From Diplonema japonicum (lineage: Eukaryota > Protista > Euglenozoa: Diplonemea), in the NCBI GenBank assembly GCA_964019335.1, contig OZ025745.1, positions 124,001-188,000 on the forward strand: 64,000 nt of DNA. The letters run 5' to 3'. How positions within the stretch are numbered: the first letter of the stretch is position 1; every line of letters begins with the position of its first letter. Made by a program: the position numbers and the translations under genes. The notes under the pieces were generated by a model, which searched no databases, was not told the DNA's origin, and worked only from the letters and a program-made list of their open reading frames with translations. Below, piece after piece: positions 10,965 to 21,841 of this stretch.

Positions 10965-12287
10965 CTACCAAGAGGACGCCGACGCGTTCAGGTTACTGAA
11001 ACTACTGTGCGAAGGCATCTGCCGGATGTTCGGGAAGGAAAGACGGGGGGAGCTCCTAGGCGACCCCATCGGCGATCCAGGCCTTCTCACCCCAGGCCTA
11101 AAATACCTTATAAGACCGATTGCGACAGTCACAATCCCATAATACACAATAACCTCCAAAGGACTGCCCGGAAAGTTATTATATCCACAGAAAAGGAGAC
11201 AAAGCGTCAACCACACCACAGAGAAAGGAACAAAGAAACAAGGAAGCGTCAACAGTGAGGAAACCAACACCCTGGGAAGGTAATAACTCCTCGCGTGGAC
11301 ACTGTCAACCCATGTTTTCGTATTATGGTGCAAAGCGCTCAACCCAAGAGTGTTTCCAGACCGTTGCCCCGAATACGCTGCCTCTGGTAGCTGGCATATC
11401 GAAGAATCTGTTCTTTTAACCATCTTTCCAACTGAGTACAACAACTGTATTAATTTCGTCCCCTTGAAATTGTGCATTGTCCCAAGAACCGGGGTGATGT
11501 CTACTCCCATATGCTCCGCGTAGCTATGTGTCAGCAATCCTGGACCTGTGGAAGCCATGACTTGTCCAGAACCGTATAGGCCGAGGAATGCTTTGAACGA
11601 TTTTGTTTGTGCGAGATGCTCCGCAAGGCGGAGTGTGTTGTCCCAGTATAAAGACGAGTAAGGATTTGGAATTGATGACATCATTGTGTTCTGAAAGAGA
11701 CCGTCGATTGAGGCGCTGGGGCCTTCTATCAGGTTTATACTGCAGTTCTGCCGGGAGAATACATTTAGACAGTCCTTTCGCAAACATTCATAATCCGTAT
11801 CCACGTAAGCCCCTCCGAATTTTCTGAGAACGGCGATTCTTGCAATGTCCGCTCGTTGTATGCTATGAGGGTAGCTGGAGTATGTGGGGTAGAACAGTGG
11901 GAGGGTAGTTTTTATCAGTTCGTCGTTGTCGGTGTCTGACCAGAAAACATGTTTCCAACCTTTGTCTTTTGCAACGTTGTTCCATGTCGCCATCCATTTT
12001 CGTTGTGCGTCCTTCAGGGAGTCTTGAGATTTGTATGATTGGTGGAGCAGTAGTGGGAGGCCGTTCATTCCCTTTTGGAAGTTAACTTTTTTCAGGTCTT
12101 TCAGGAGGAACCTGCCTTCTATCATTTCTGGTATTTTGGCGTAACTTTTGACGTACTCTTCAGTTAGGTCGTGGGATGCTGTGCCCGTGCGGTTGAAGAG
12201 CAGCATCAACACGCACAGGGTCGTCCACAGAAGGAATGTCCATCTCTGATTTCTCAATATATTACTTCGTGTTCTTGTTTCTCTCAT
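10965..12287 (-). CDS. Glycosyltransferase family 32 (DXD; SUR1/OCH1-like mannosyltransferase)
   Basis: N-terminal TM anchor; LLHQSYK, FWSD, IQRADIARIAVLRKFGGAYVDTD, STGPGLLT; C-terminal TM segments. Confidence 0.85.
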   Translation of the reverse strand: MRETRTRSNILRNQRWTFLLWTTLCVLMLLFNRTGTASHDLTEEYVKSYAKIPEMIEGRFLLKDLKKVNFQKGMNGLPLLLHQSYKSQDSLKDAQRKWMATWNNVAKDKGWKHVFWSDTDNDELIKTTLPLFYPTYSSYPHSIQRADIARIAVLRKFGGAYVDTDYECLRKDCLNVFSRQNCSINLIEGPSASIDGLFQNTMMSSIPNPYSSLYWDNTLRLAEHLAQTKSFKAFLGLYGSGQVMASTGPGLLTHSYAEHMGVDITPVLGTMHNFKGTKLIQLLYSVGKMVKRTDSSICQLPEAAYSGQRSGNTLGLSALHHNTKTWVDSVHARSYYLPRVLVSSLLTLPCFFVPFSVVWLTLCLLFCGYNNFPGSPLEVIVYYGIVTVAIGLIRYFRPGVRRPGSPMGSPRSSPRLSFPNIRQMPSHSSFSNLNASASSW

Positions 12288-12454
12288 CCAGTCGCAAAGA
12301 GCGCAACACTCCCACCCACCCTCTCCCTCCCACCCGTCTTCCTTTTGTTAAGGTTTTGGGATGATGAGAATGCATGGGGGGGAAAAAAAACAGAAAAAAA
12401 AAGAAGAAAAAAAGCAGATAATAATATGGAGAAATTTGGGAAAGTATAAAAAAA

Positions 12455-12486
<32 letters not shown>

Positions 12487-12560
12487 AAAAAAAAAAAAAA
12501 AAAAGAGGGTTGTTGGTGGGAATGGAGAGAATGGTGGGGAAACTAGAAACAAAAAAAAAA

Positions 12561-12883
12561 TATATGAGTTAAAGGAGGCCGGTGTTGGCGGCGCCCTGCA
12601 CAACGAACTGTCTACTTGATTACAGGGGGCGCGCCGCGGCCGAGTTGTAGCTTCTTCTGCGTTCCGCGTCGTGTCCTTAATGCGTGCGGTGTACAGCTCA
12701 ACCCCAGCAGGTGCGTCCCGGGTAACCAAGATTCTGCGCTCGTGCAGTTTGCTGCCTGTTCGTCACCCTGAGCATCTGCATTATGTCTTCCACTCGGGCG
12801 CTACCGGTGATGACCGACGAGGAGGTCAACAGCGAACTATACATCTGATGTTTTTCTTATATTTTCATGTTATCCCCACCACC
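12561..12883 (-). mobile_element. Short non-coding retroposon (SINE/SIDER-like, 323 nt) headed by an HDV-like ribozyme
   Basis: Ribozyme at 5' end; 3' part recurs at ~25009-25094, 61250-61280 and 61767-61804; T-runs on both sides. Confidence 0.75.
12747..12883 (-). ncRNA. HDV-like self-cleaving ribozyme
   Basis: P1 GGTGGTG/CATCACC; P2 GTTCGCTGTTG/CAGGCAGCAAAC; P3 ACC/GGT; L3 TCCTCGTC; P1.1 GG; P4 CGCCC-GAGT/GCTC-A-GGGTG; J4/2 CGAA with catalytic-C equivalent at 12762. Confidence 0.8.
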
Positions 12884-12916
12884 TTGAAAAAAAAGAAAAA
12901 AGTAACAACACTTTCT

Positions 12917-12955
<39 letters not shown>

Positions 12956-13155
12956 CCCCTTCTCTCGAAGGAAATAGAGAATGGAAGGAGAGAGAAAAGG
13001 GTGGTTAGAAAAAAAAAAAGAAAAAGAAAAAAAAAAAAAAAAACGCCACCCCTGCCCTTTTTTTCTTACTTCTTTCTTCAAGTATCAATAATAAAAAATA
13101 AATAAGTACATATCAAACACCCCTATACCTATTTCAGGAGGCACGAGGGAGAGGG

Positions 13156-13190
<35 letters not shown>

Positions 13191-13579
13191 GAAGAAGAAG
13201 AAGAGTACACCTGTTAAAATAGCTTCTCTCTCCATATTAAAAAAAAAGAAAACCTTTTTTTAAACCAGGGACAGTCCCTCCTGGTAATGGCTCGAGCTGC
13301 GTGGCACGTGGCACCCATCATGCGCTGCTGGAAAAAAAAAGAAAAAAAAAAGGCCTTTTCTCCTTCCTCCTTTCCTCGATGGCCACGAGCAGCAGATTTG
13401 GGACCCCATTTGTACATTGACGAAAGTGTGATGGGCCCTTCAAGAGACCTAGCAAAGAATACCTAGGGATTTACCCAACTACCTGAAAAAAAAAGAGGGG
13501 ATGCCTTGGGGAGGGGGGGGGAAAACGAGAGAGAAAAAAAGAAATCGGACCTTTAACCAGGTACCACATTAATGGCCGT

Positions 13580-13610
<31 letters not shown>

Positions 13611-15303
13611 CAACAACAACAAAAAAAATCTATATAGTACGGGATGGGGCATACATGTGGAAGGTCCTTTGCAAGGCTTTTTTTTTTTTTTTTTTTTTTT
13701 TTTTTCCCCGAGAGAAAAAAAAAAATCTAGCCATGTAGATCTTTCCACGAATGCTTTTTTTTTTTTTTTTTTTTTTTCTTTCTTTCTTTCGCTTTTTTTT
13801 TATTATTATTTGCTTCTTCTTTTTTTTTGGTTGGAGTGTTTGTTGCACATTAGAACTTTTATTTGGACCAAAAACCTTTGGACCCCCCCCCCCCCCCAGG
13901 CATACTGGTGAAAATGTTTTCCCCGCATTTTCAGAGTTTGATTCAAAAATATTTCGCACAAAAACGATTCGCAATTTTTTTTTTCCTTCCTTTAGCAAAT
14001 ATTGCAAAAATGAGCCACTTTTAGTGGTATAGAACTTTTTTTTTTTTTTTTTTTTTTTTGCTCATTCCTCCCCCTTTTTTTTTGAATTTGTTTTTCCTCA
14101 GGCCACATGCGAAAAAAAAAAAAAAAATGAATTCGTTTTGCGAAGAAAAAACATTTCGCATCACTATGCCTAGACCCCTCTCCCCTTTCATTTCTGTACC
14201 ACCATCTCCCCCCCCCCCCGCGTCTTTTGCTTGTCACATTCTTTTGCATTTTTTCCCCCTCCCCTGTTGTGTACATTTCTCACTATTTGTCATCGAAAGC
14301 TACTCTTCTGTCCCCCCTTTCTCCCCCCACTTAGAGACGCTCTTATAAAGGGAAAAAAGAGGGGCACACACGCGAAGGTGGGAGGAGGGGAGAGAGAGAG
14401 AGAGAGAGAGAGAGAGTGAGGGAGCGGGTGGTGGGGGAAAATGTTCTCTTCCTTTTCCCCCCCCTCATTTCTTTTTCCTTCTTTTTTTTTTTTCTTTCCT
14501 GTTTCGCGTGTACCGCTTCTAGTGTATCAAACTGCAAAAGGGACTTTTCTTTTTCTTCTTTTCTTTTTTCTTTTTTTTTTTTCCTCGTTCTGTGTGCATC
14601 AAACTACTGAAACGGACATAATTGGTTTTTTATTTTTATTTTTAAAAAGAAAAAAGGGTAAAGGGAAGAAAACACGGGGGGGGGGGGGGCAAAAGAAAGA
14701 GGAGGAAGAGAATTTCTTCTTAGCATTCAACCTCTATGCTGGGAGGGAACATTTCTTTTCATTTTTCCTTTTTTTTTATCTCCTGAACTACTGGCACTCC
14801 TCTTTTACAGCACCACCTCACAGGAGGGAATGGGGGTGACAAAACACAAGGGAACTTTTTGAATAAGTATACATAAAGAAGGGGGCGGAGGGGGACAATA
14901 TCCCAGTCCTTGTTTTTTTTTTTTTTTTCATTTTGGGCGCTTTGTTTCCCCCCCTTTGTTTTCTTCCCCTCTCGCTTGTGCTCCTCCCCTTCTTTTTTTT
15001 CAAAAGGGAGGGAGGGGGAGGGAGGGGGTGAAAGGGAACAATAAGTTAACTTGTTACTCTCCCATTTTTTTTGTTTGCAAAAAAGAAAAAACAAAAAAAA
15101 AGGAACAAAGTAATTTTTTTAGAGACTAAGAAGGGGGGGGGGGGGGGGGAAGGGAAGCCAAAACCTGCCTTTGAAAACCCCAAATGTGGAAAAAAAAAAA
15201 AGAAAAGTTATTTTGTTCTAAAAAAACGAAAACGGACGGGAAAAAAAAAAGATCTTTTTTTTTCATTTTTTTTTTTTCCGGCCTCTAAAAAAATACTGTT
15301 CCC

Positions 15304-15335
<32 letters not shown>

Positions 15336-15401
15336 ATTGACCCCAAAAAAAAACCCTCCCTTTTTTTTTTTCTTCCTTCAATTTTTATTTCCTTTATTTT
15401 C

Positions 15402-16231
15402 TTAAGCTCCTTTAAGAGAAACTCTTCTGGGCGTGCCGTAATTACTCCCGTTGTGCTGTAAAAAAAGAATTTTTTTTCCTTCCCCCTTCCATCATCTATA
15501 TAAAACACATACATGCGAGCCTGCAATCGAAGGTGTCTGCCCCCCATGAAACGCAGGTAAGGCAGTGGGTGTGGTGGATTCCCTGCGCATTCTTTCATGA
15601 ATGGCTTGGCCCCGCTCAGACATTCTACGCCCTTTCGAAGCCAATGAAGCGGTTTCTGAGGCTGCTGTCCGAGCGGCTCGAGCAGATTCGAACGGCGACA
15701 CCGCTTCGTCACCTCCATCTTCAAGGATATCTACATTGTGACTTGTGACTTTACCACGGCCACGAGACGGTGAGAGGGGCGCGCCTTGGTTGCTGCTTTT
15801 GAAGTCCTTCACGGCGCAGACCTCTACACCGTTGATGGTAGCTACAGTGACAGCTACCTGTGAGCTCATACTGCCAGAGCGTTTTAAGGACGAAGAAGAG
15901 TCGGACCGCATGGGTGAGCCGTGGCCGTAGCTGCTGCGTCTTAACGGTGACAGGGGGGCATGGTCATTGCCTCGTGCTGATGGGCTGTGTGCTGCTGGTG
16001 TGCTCCACGCCACTTTTTTCATGTCGTTGGGGGATGGAGGGGGTGTTCTCTTCGGTTTTCTTTTCTTCTCCGGAATCAATGTGTCGCCTGACTCCTGCCC
16101 GATCTTCTCTTTCAGCTTCAGAAGCTGCGCCACCATCTCCTGCCCGTTGTCCTTCCCTTGTTTGAAGTGTATCGCGCGTTCCAACGCTTGCTGCGCTTTT
16201 TGGAGATCTCGGGGAAAACCGTCGCTTCCCT

Positions 16232-16271
<40 letters not shown>

Positions 16272-17301
16272 TTGGAAAAAACATTACCCTTCGGTAGGAT
16301 ACCCAGAGGTATTTTCCAGCCTTGGCCCCGACCCTTGTGAATTTTTTGGAGATTTCCAGGAACTCCGCGAGGAGCTTTTGCTTGTCCGCCTCGATTTTGG
16401 AGATGTCGCCCTCTGTGAGTGACGCCCGGTCGCGTCTCTTCTTAAGCTGGCTAAGGTTCTCGCAGGCACACCTGAGGTGTGCGAGAGGATGCCCCGTCGA
16501 CACGGCACGCTCACGGTACTGCGCTTCCTTTTTTTTATCGCCCCTCGCATGGAAAAGCTCGCACAATGCAAGCAAGGGTGCGGCGGAGGTAGGTTTCACA
16601 TCAGACAGCTGAACAAGCCACTTCTCAGTGTGACCCATTTGAGGAATGACAGAGGGCTCGAGCGTGGATCCAGCCCGCGACCAAGCATCACCGCCGAGAC
16701 CATACAACGAAGAGAGACCGAGCAGCGCAACAAGATTCGTCTTGTCGTTCTCCTTCTTCTTCAGAACGGACAGGAAATGGCTGTGCGCACCCTCGTAGTC
16801 CTCCTCGTCTATCATCTCAAAGAATGCAGCATTCTGGTGGTACCCATAAGGGTCTGTATCAGATAGAACGTCACTGTCGTAGTCAGACAGACCTGACAGA
16901 CCAGATGCGTGCGAGATCCTGAAATCGGTTACAAGTGAAGTTCCCAAGTCGTTAGGTGATGTTATTTTTGTTGGTGGTGAAGTGGGCACTTTTGTTTCCT
17001 CCTGGCTTTCGGAGCTTGAGCCTTGCGTTTGTAACTCAGATGTGGCTTGGACCGGTGGTTCTTCGTGTTGTTGTTGTTGTTGTTGTGGTGGTGGTACTAG
17101 TGGTGCGACGCCTAGTGGTTTTGGTGATGATGGCTTTCTCGATCCGTTGAGGTCCTTCAAACTGGCCTTGGGGCTCATTGAAGGGGCCTTTTTTATGCCC
17201 GGCATGTCTCTTCTAAGAAAGCTCTCCTGCTGCTTTTTTTTTATCACGTCATCTCTCGCTACCTGTGGCCGCTCGGCCTGCTTCGCACCGCAGCATCCCA
17301 T
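15402..17301 (-). CDS. N-acylated (MGCC) Sel1/TPR-like repeat protein, paralog A, 3 exons (introns 16230-16287, 15456-15512)
   Basis: Start MGCCGAKQ; splicing gives Sel1-like SYRR|GSDGFPRDLQKAQQALERA; alignable with 25933-27788. Confidence 0.75.
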
Positions 17302-17317
17302 GCACCCTACCCAGGTG

Positions 17318-17357
<40 letters not shown>

Positions 17358-17701
17358 CCCCTCCCCTCCTCTCCTTTTTTTTGTTGAAATGGTGGGTCTG
17401 ACTGTTGGGGGGGGGGGGGGGGAGAGAAATAAAAAAGGAGAAAAAAATAGAAAAAGAAGAAAAAAAAAGAGAAAGAGAGAACCCCCTCAACTTTTTTTTT
17501 TTGAAAAAAACAAGGGGAAAAACGGAAAAAGGGTATTCCCACTTGAGGACCATCCTTTAAAAAAAAGAAGAAACGAAGGGGGGGGGGGGGGGGAGAAGTC
17601 TCTGAACAAGGAGGGGAAAGGGGCTATGCGGTGCATGTAAAAAAAAAAAAAAAACTATTCTTTTAAGGTATGCGTTTTTGCGCTCACCGGCCGCGCTGCG
17701 C

Positions 17702-20700
17702 TTAGTCCCCGTTGTCCCCGTTCTGGGGGCTCTGGCGGGTTCCTACTGCGGTGGTCATGCTGCGGGGCAGCCTTGTCGGTGTCTGCGACAGGTACCTGTC
17801 CCGCAAGCCTTCGATGCTGCTCATGGTTCGTTCCGGGAGTACTGGCCTCCTGTCATACCCGTGTGTGGTCGGTCCTCCGATACAGCGTAGGGAGTTGACG
17901 CGCTCCACTCGCGCCGCTGGGAACGCTACCCCTCTGCCATCAGCGTGGTACAGGTCCTGGACTCGTCTCAGCACATACCGTAGCCTCCTTGCCTTGACGC
18001 CCAGGTCCTCCACCTTGCCCACTTCCCCGCCGTCGTCCAGCGGCAGCTCCATCTCCCGCTCGAAGTCGAGGGCCAGCTCTAACGTCGTCACCGCCGTGTG
18101 CCGACCAGGCGCGTCATCCCACAGCAGGCCTCCCAACCACCTCAGCACCGGCCTCAGCAGCTTGTCCATCACCGTTCCTGACGCCCCCAGCCTTCGTAGT
18201 TCAGATACCGCCGGCGTCGGGTGCGCCCTCCCCGTCACGACCGCCCGCCACGGGTAAGCTTGTGTCTGCAGTGCGCGGTTCGCTTCCACCGCTGCATCCC
18301 TCCGCGTGACTACCTCCAGCAGGTACTTCTGCACCAGTAAGGCCCTTGGCTTGTCTTGGCAGCCTCTGGGCACCACCCCATGGAGCCTCGTCGCCTTCGG
18401 CATAGCTGCCGGGTCCAGGTTCGCGTACTCCACCTTGCTCTGCACCGCGACACCCGGCTCGCATCGCCAGAGGGCGTGCTCCAGCACCTCCGTGTAGCTG
18501 CCGAACCGTTCCTCACACACGTCGCAGAGGTGCTGCAGCGGGTTGTTCGGTTCCTGCGCCACGCCCCGCGCTCCCGGGTAGACCGCAAACACCGCTCCTG
18601 CAATCAGCCTCCTCAGTCGGTACGCCGCCACTGGGTTGCCCGAGAGTGACCTCCACCACACGTTCGTGTCCGGGTCGGCTCCCTCCGGCATGCCGTCGTA
18701 GGAGTCCCTCCCTTCTGCTAGCTCGGCTGCCGTCATGGCCCTCGCCACCCGCCGGATCTCGTGCTTGCGCTCGCGTTCCGGCATGGCACCCAGCCCCACC
18801 ACGAAATTCCAGCCTTTCCCGATCGCCGGCAGCCATCTTCTCATCAGGGTCCCCACTGGCCCCAGGGCTTCAATATCGCACTCCCGGTACAGGGCGGCAC
18901 ACCTCCCCATCCGGTCCCACAGCTCCGTATCCGACCCGCCTACCTTCACCACTGTGCACAGCAGTCGGTAAAGTGTCACCACCAGCGGGTCCGTCGTGTG
19001 CCCTGGCAGCAAGACGTTCGCAACAGCACACGGCGAGCGCATCTTGAACTTCGGTCCCCAGAGGCACGTCGCAACACTCGCTCGGATTGTACCCGCATCC
19101 ATTTTCGAGGGGGGTGCATAGGCAACACCGTAGAGGCAGGAGGGGAGAATGGAGCTGGTGAGGATCCTCGCCTTCTGTGTGAACCCCAGCGGCATGGCGG
19201 CCAGTCTCCCGCAAGCGCGTCCCATCGCCTCAAGGGGCTTCGCCCTGTGCTCGCCGTCCATACATACCCGGACTCCCAGGACGTTGATCTCCTTTTTGGC
19301 CGTGAGCACCTCACGTCCGCACTTCACCGTTCCGTGTTCTGCCGTTGTGAACAGGTCTGTCTTCCTCAGGTTGAGGTTCATCCCTGTCAGCAGAGAGAAC
19401 TCGCACACCCCCGCTGCCGCCTTCTCCAGGGCGCTGAGCAGAGCTGCTATCAAGTAGACGTCGTCCGCGTATGACAGGGAATCAGCGCCGGGCACCTCCG
19501 CCATGATGGCCTTCACCATCACCCCTACCAGCGCGTTCACCATCACCACCGAGATCGGGCACCCCTGCAGGATGCCGTTCGACGTAGCAAATTCGTCACC
19601 CACCCCTGTCGGGTATTTGAACCTCCGTCTGAGGGATTCGTACATCGTCTCCAGAGGGCGCAGTATGTTCTGATGCAGTCCCAGGTCCCCCATTAGCCCG
19701 AGCGCCACTTCCCGCGGGATTCGGTCGAAGCACTTGACAAAGTCTAGCGCGAGCCCGTGCATCGGCGTTCCCGATAGCAGAGCTTCTTCGAGCTGCGTCG
19801 TCAGTTCCAGCAGTAGCGTGTCCGTACCCCTCCTCGACCTAAACCCATGTTGTGACGCGTCCGCCCACGACTCCTGCCAGACCAAGATGCGTCTCATCCT
19901 CGTTGTCGCCCACAGCCTGTACACGGCGCTGGTGACGGTGATCGGGCGGTGGTCCAACGGGGCTCTGCCCTCGCCTTTCGGGATCAGAGAGACAAGCGCT
20001 GTCAATAGCGCCTCCGGCCACTTGCCGGTCTCCTCGACGATGTTGAAGAGCTGCGCCCACCTCTCGAGCAGCGCGTCAGGTATAGCCTTCAGTTCCGTGA
20101 TCCTCCAGCCGTCGACGCCTGGGGTGCCCCTCGCAGGTCTGCTGTTTAACACCTCCCTGAGGTCGCCCCCCGTGATCGGCTCCAGTTCCATGGGGTGTTT
20201 ATCGATATACCCGCCATACCTCTCTTTGAAAGCAGCGTAGGAAGGTCGGTCACTTTTGTCCGGGTACAGGTGGAAGACGGAGGCCCATGCCCCCCTCATC
20301 AGCGCGTCTATCTCCCCCAGATCTACCGTCAGCCTGCCGTCCTCCTTCGCGACTGCCAATGTGTGAACATCCTTGTCACCTCTAACGTAAGCTACGATCC
20401 TCCGCCTGTCGTCACGGAAATCAGCTGCCACCCGTTTCCTATAACTTGCCTCGTTCTCCAGGCGTTGCCGCATCACCGTGTCTCTGTCAGCCTGCTCCGC
20501 CGCAGCCTCCAGCTCCCGCAGTCCCACCAGCGCAGCCCCCAGGCTAGCGCCCCGTAGCAGGTCCTTGTCCGGCACGACCCCAAGGTGCATCTTCTCGGCC
20601 AGCTTAACGATGTTCCGCCACGTCCCGTGCAGCATCGCTGGCAGCGTCCCCGGCCCACCACGCAGCAGTGCCTCGTTCAGCCCCGTCCTGAGCGCCACGA

Positions 20701-21823
20701 TTTTCCTCCTGAGGCTGCCGTGCATCGTCTGGCCTCGTGCGGCAGCTCCCCCTGACGTCCCCGTCGACTTCGCTGCTACCATCTTCTCCGTCAGCTCTCG
20801 CGGCTCTCCTCTGCCTACGTACGACCTCACCTCCGTCACTCCGGCTGAGCTCAGCATATAGCGTTCGGTAGCGCAGCTCAGCAAGGCGTAGAGGCCCCCC
20901 ACGTCCCTGGCGTCAACTGCTTGGTGGATTGCGTCGTCGCCGGCAAGCCCTTGGTCAAGATCAGCGTCGGGCGTCACCGCTCCCACCGGTAGCTCCTTCG
21001 GGAGGAAGAAACGTTTCGTCCGCTTCTTGAGCGTCGGCGTGAAGAGCTCAACGGACAGACACAGGTGCTCCCCGGTCCGCACCCTCTTGTGTGTCCAGAA
21101 GCGTTTCAGCGCTCCGGCAGCCACCGCGTTGGCCAGGACGAAGTCTATCCGCGTCTTCGTCTCCGTCCCGGGTCGTTCGAAGGTGTGGTCCGGTTCCCGT
21201 CCGTCCTTCTCGGCCTGAAGCGCCCCGACGTCGACCCAGTCGTTTTCCACCGCGTGTTTCAGCGTCGCTGACCCGGAAACGTCCGTGTTCAGATCCCCTA
21301 AGACCAGGATCGGCACCTCCCCGAGTTTAGCCCTCAGTTCAACGAGCAGCGAGTGTAGGAGTCGTTCCCTGTCAGCCTTCCCGTAGTGGCCGGCGCTGCA
21401 GTACACCGTGATGACGTGGACCCATAGATCGCGGCCATCCACATTTATCATAGTGTGCAGCCACCTGTTCGGCTGCACTGTGATCCCCGATACTGGAGCC
21501 ACGATGGCCGGCCTGCCTTTCTTCGTCAGCACAGCGACGCCCCCCCTTTGCCCAAGGTTTGGATTGAGTACCCCTGCCCTGTCCGGCGTGCCATCCTGAG
21601 CGCGACCCCACAGGGGGTGATACCCGCCTTCATCAACAGCTTGCGACAGTTGGCGTTGACCGTGCTCAGTGAGTTTGGTCTCCTGCAGGCAGATCACCTC
21701 ATCCTGCGTTGCTAGGACCTGCGGGAGCTTGTTGTGCAGGGACCCGACATTCACCGATGTGATCCGGAGCACGTCATCGAGCAGAGGTGGGCCACTAGCG
21801 CTTCCTCCACTCATCCCTGCCAC
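17702..21823 (-). CDS. LINE ORF2: apurinic-like endonuclease + reverse transcriptase + C-terminal Cys/His finger
   Basis: APE motifs SVNVGSL, LQET, GDLN, RIDFVL; RT motifs PGVDGW, RPIT, QHGFR, LDFVKCFD, GILQGCPIS, YADD (19460-19471); CDVC...H...C. First ATG at 21814; in frame with ORF1. Confidence 0.95.
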   Translation of the reverse strand: MAGMSGGSASGPPLLDDVLRITSVNVGSLHNKLPQVLATQDEVICLQETKLTEHGQRQLSQAVDEGGYHPLWGRAQDGTPDRAGVLNPNLGQRGGVAVLTKKGRPAIVAPVSGITVQPNRWLHTMINVDGRDLWVHVITVYCSAGHYGKADRERLLHSLLVELRAKLGEVPILVLGDLNTDVSGSATLKHAVENDWVDVGALQAEKDGREPDHTFERPGTETKTRIDFVLANAVAAGALKRFWTHKRVRTGEHLCLSVELFTPTLKKRTKRFFLPKELPVGAVTPDADLDQGLAGDDAIHQAVDARDVGGLYALLSCATERYMLSSAGVTEVRSYVGRGEPRELTEKMVAAKSTGTSGGAAARGQTMHGSLRRKIVALRTGLNEALLRGGPGTLPAMLHGTWRNIVKLAEKMHLGVVPDKDLLRGASLGAALVGLRELEAAAEQADRDTVMRQRLENEASYRKRVAADFRDDRRRIVAYVRGDKDVHTLAVAKEDGRLTVDLGEIDALMRGAWASVFHLYPDKSDRPSYAAFKERYGGYIDKHPMELEPITGGDLREVLNSRPARGTPGVDGWRITELKAIPDALLERWAQLFNIVEETGKWPEALLTALVSLIPKGEGRAPLDHRPITVTSAVYRLWATTRMRRILVWQESWADASQHGFRSRRGTDTLLLELTTQLEEALLSGTPMHGLALDFVKCFDRIPREVALGLMGDLGLHQNILRPLETMYESLRRRFKYPTGVGDEFATSNGILQGCPISVVMVNALVGVMVKAIMAEVPGADSLSYADDVYLIAALLSALEKAAAGVCEFSLLTGMNLNLRKTDLFTTAEHGTVKCGREVLTAKKEINVLGVRVCMDGEHRAKPLEAMGRACGRLAAMPLGFTQKARILTSSILPSCLYGVAYAPPSKMDAGTIRASVATCLWGPKFKMRSPCAVANVLLPGHTTDPLVVTLYRLLCTVVKVGGSDTELWDRMGRCAALYRECDIEALGPVGTLMRRWLPAIGKGWNFVVGLGAMPERERKHEIRRVARAMTAAELAEGRDSYDGMPEGADPDTNVWWRSLSGNPVAAYRLRRLIAGAVFAVYPGARGVAQEPNNPLQHLCDVCEERFGSYTEVLEHALWRCEPGVAVQSKVEYANLDPAAMPKATRLHGVVPRGCQDKPRALLVQKYLLEVVTRRDAAVEANRALQTQAYPWRAVVTGRAHPTPAVSELRRLGASGTVMDKLLRPVLRWLGGLLWDDAPGRHTAVTTLELALDFEREMELPLDDGGEVGKVEDLGVKARRLRYVLRRVQDLYHADGRGVAFPAARVERVNSLRCIGGPTTHGYDRRPVLPERTMSSIEGLRDRYLSQTPTRLPRSMTTAVGTRQSPQNGDNGD

Positions 21824-21841
21824 AAGCTGTAATTGCTATTG
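21824..21841 (-). promoter_or_regulatory. Stop-codon readthrough signal CAA TAG CAA TTA CAG (UAG-CARYYA, TMV type)
   Basis: Minus strand reads CAA CAA TAG CAA TTA CAG CTT GTG GCA GGG ATG, with ORF1 and ORF2 in the same frame. Confidence 0.8.

Noticed and set aside
12857-15340. Poly-K/F/G/P ORFs here and at 54500-63900
   Set aside because: Translations of homopolymer tracts, not coding.
21836-21838. Genome-wide TAG-to-Gln reassignment as the explanation for the ORF1/ORF2 junction
   Set aside because: Host genes end in TAG (10965, 35280, 38131, 39860) and long host ORFs contain no internal TAG.
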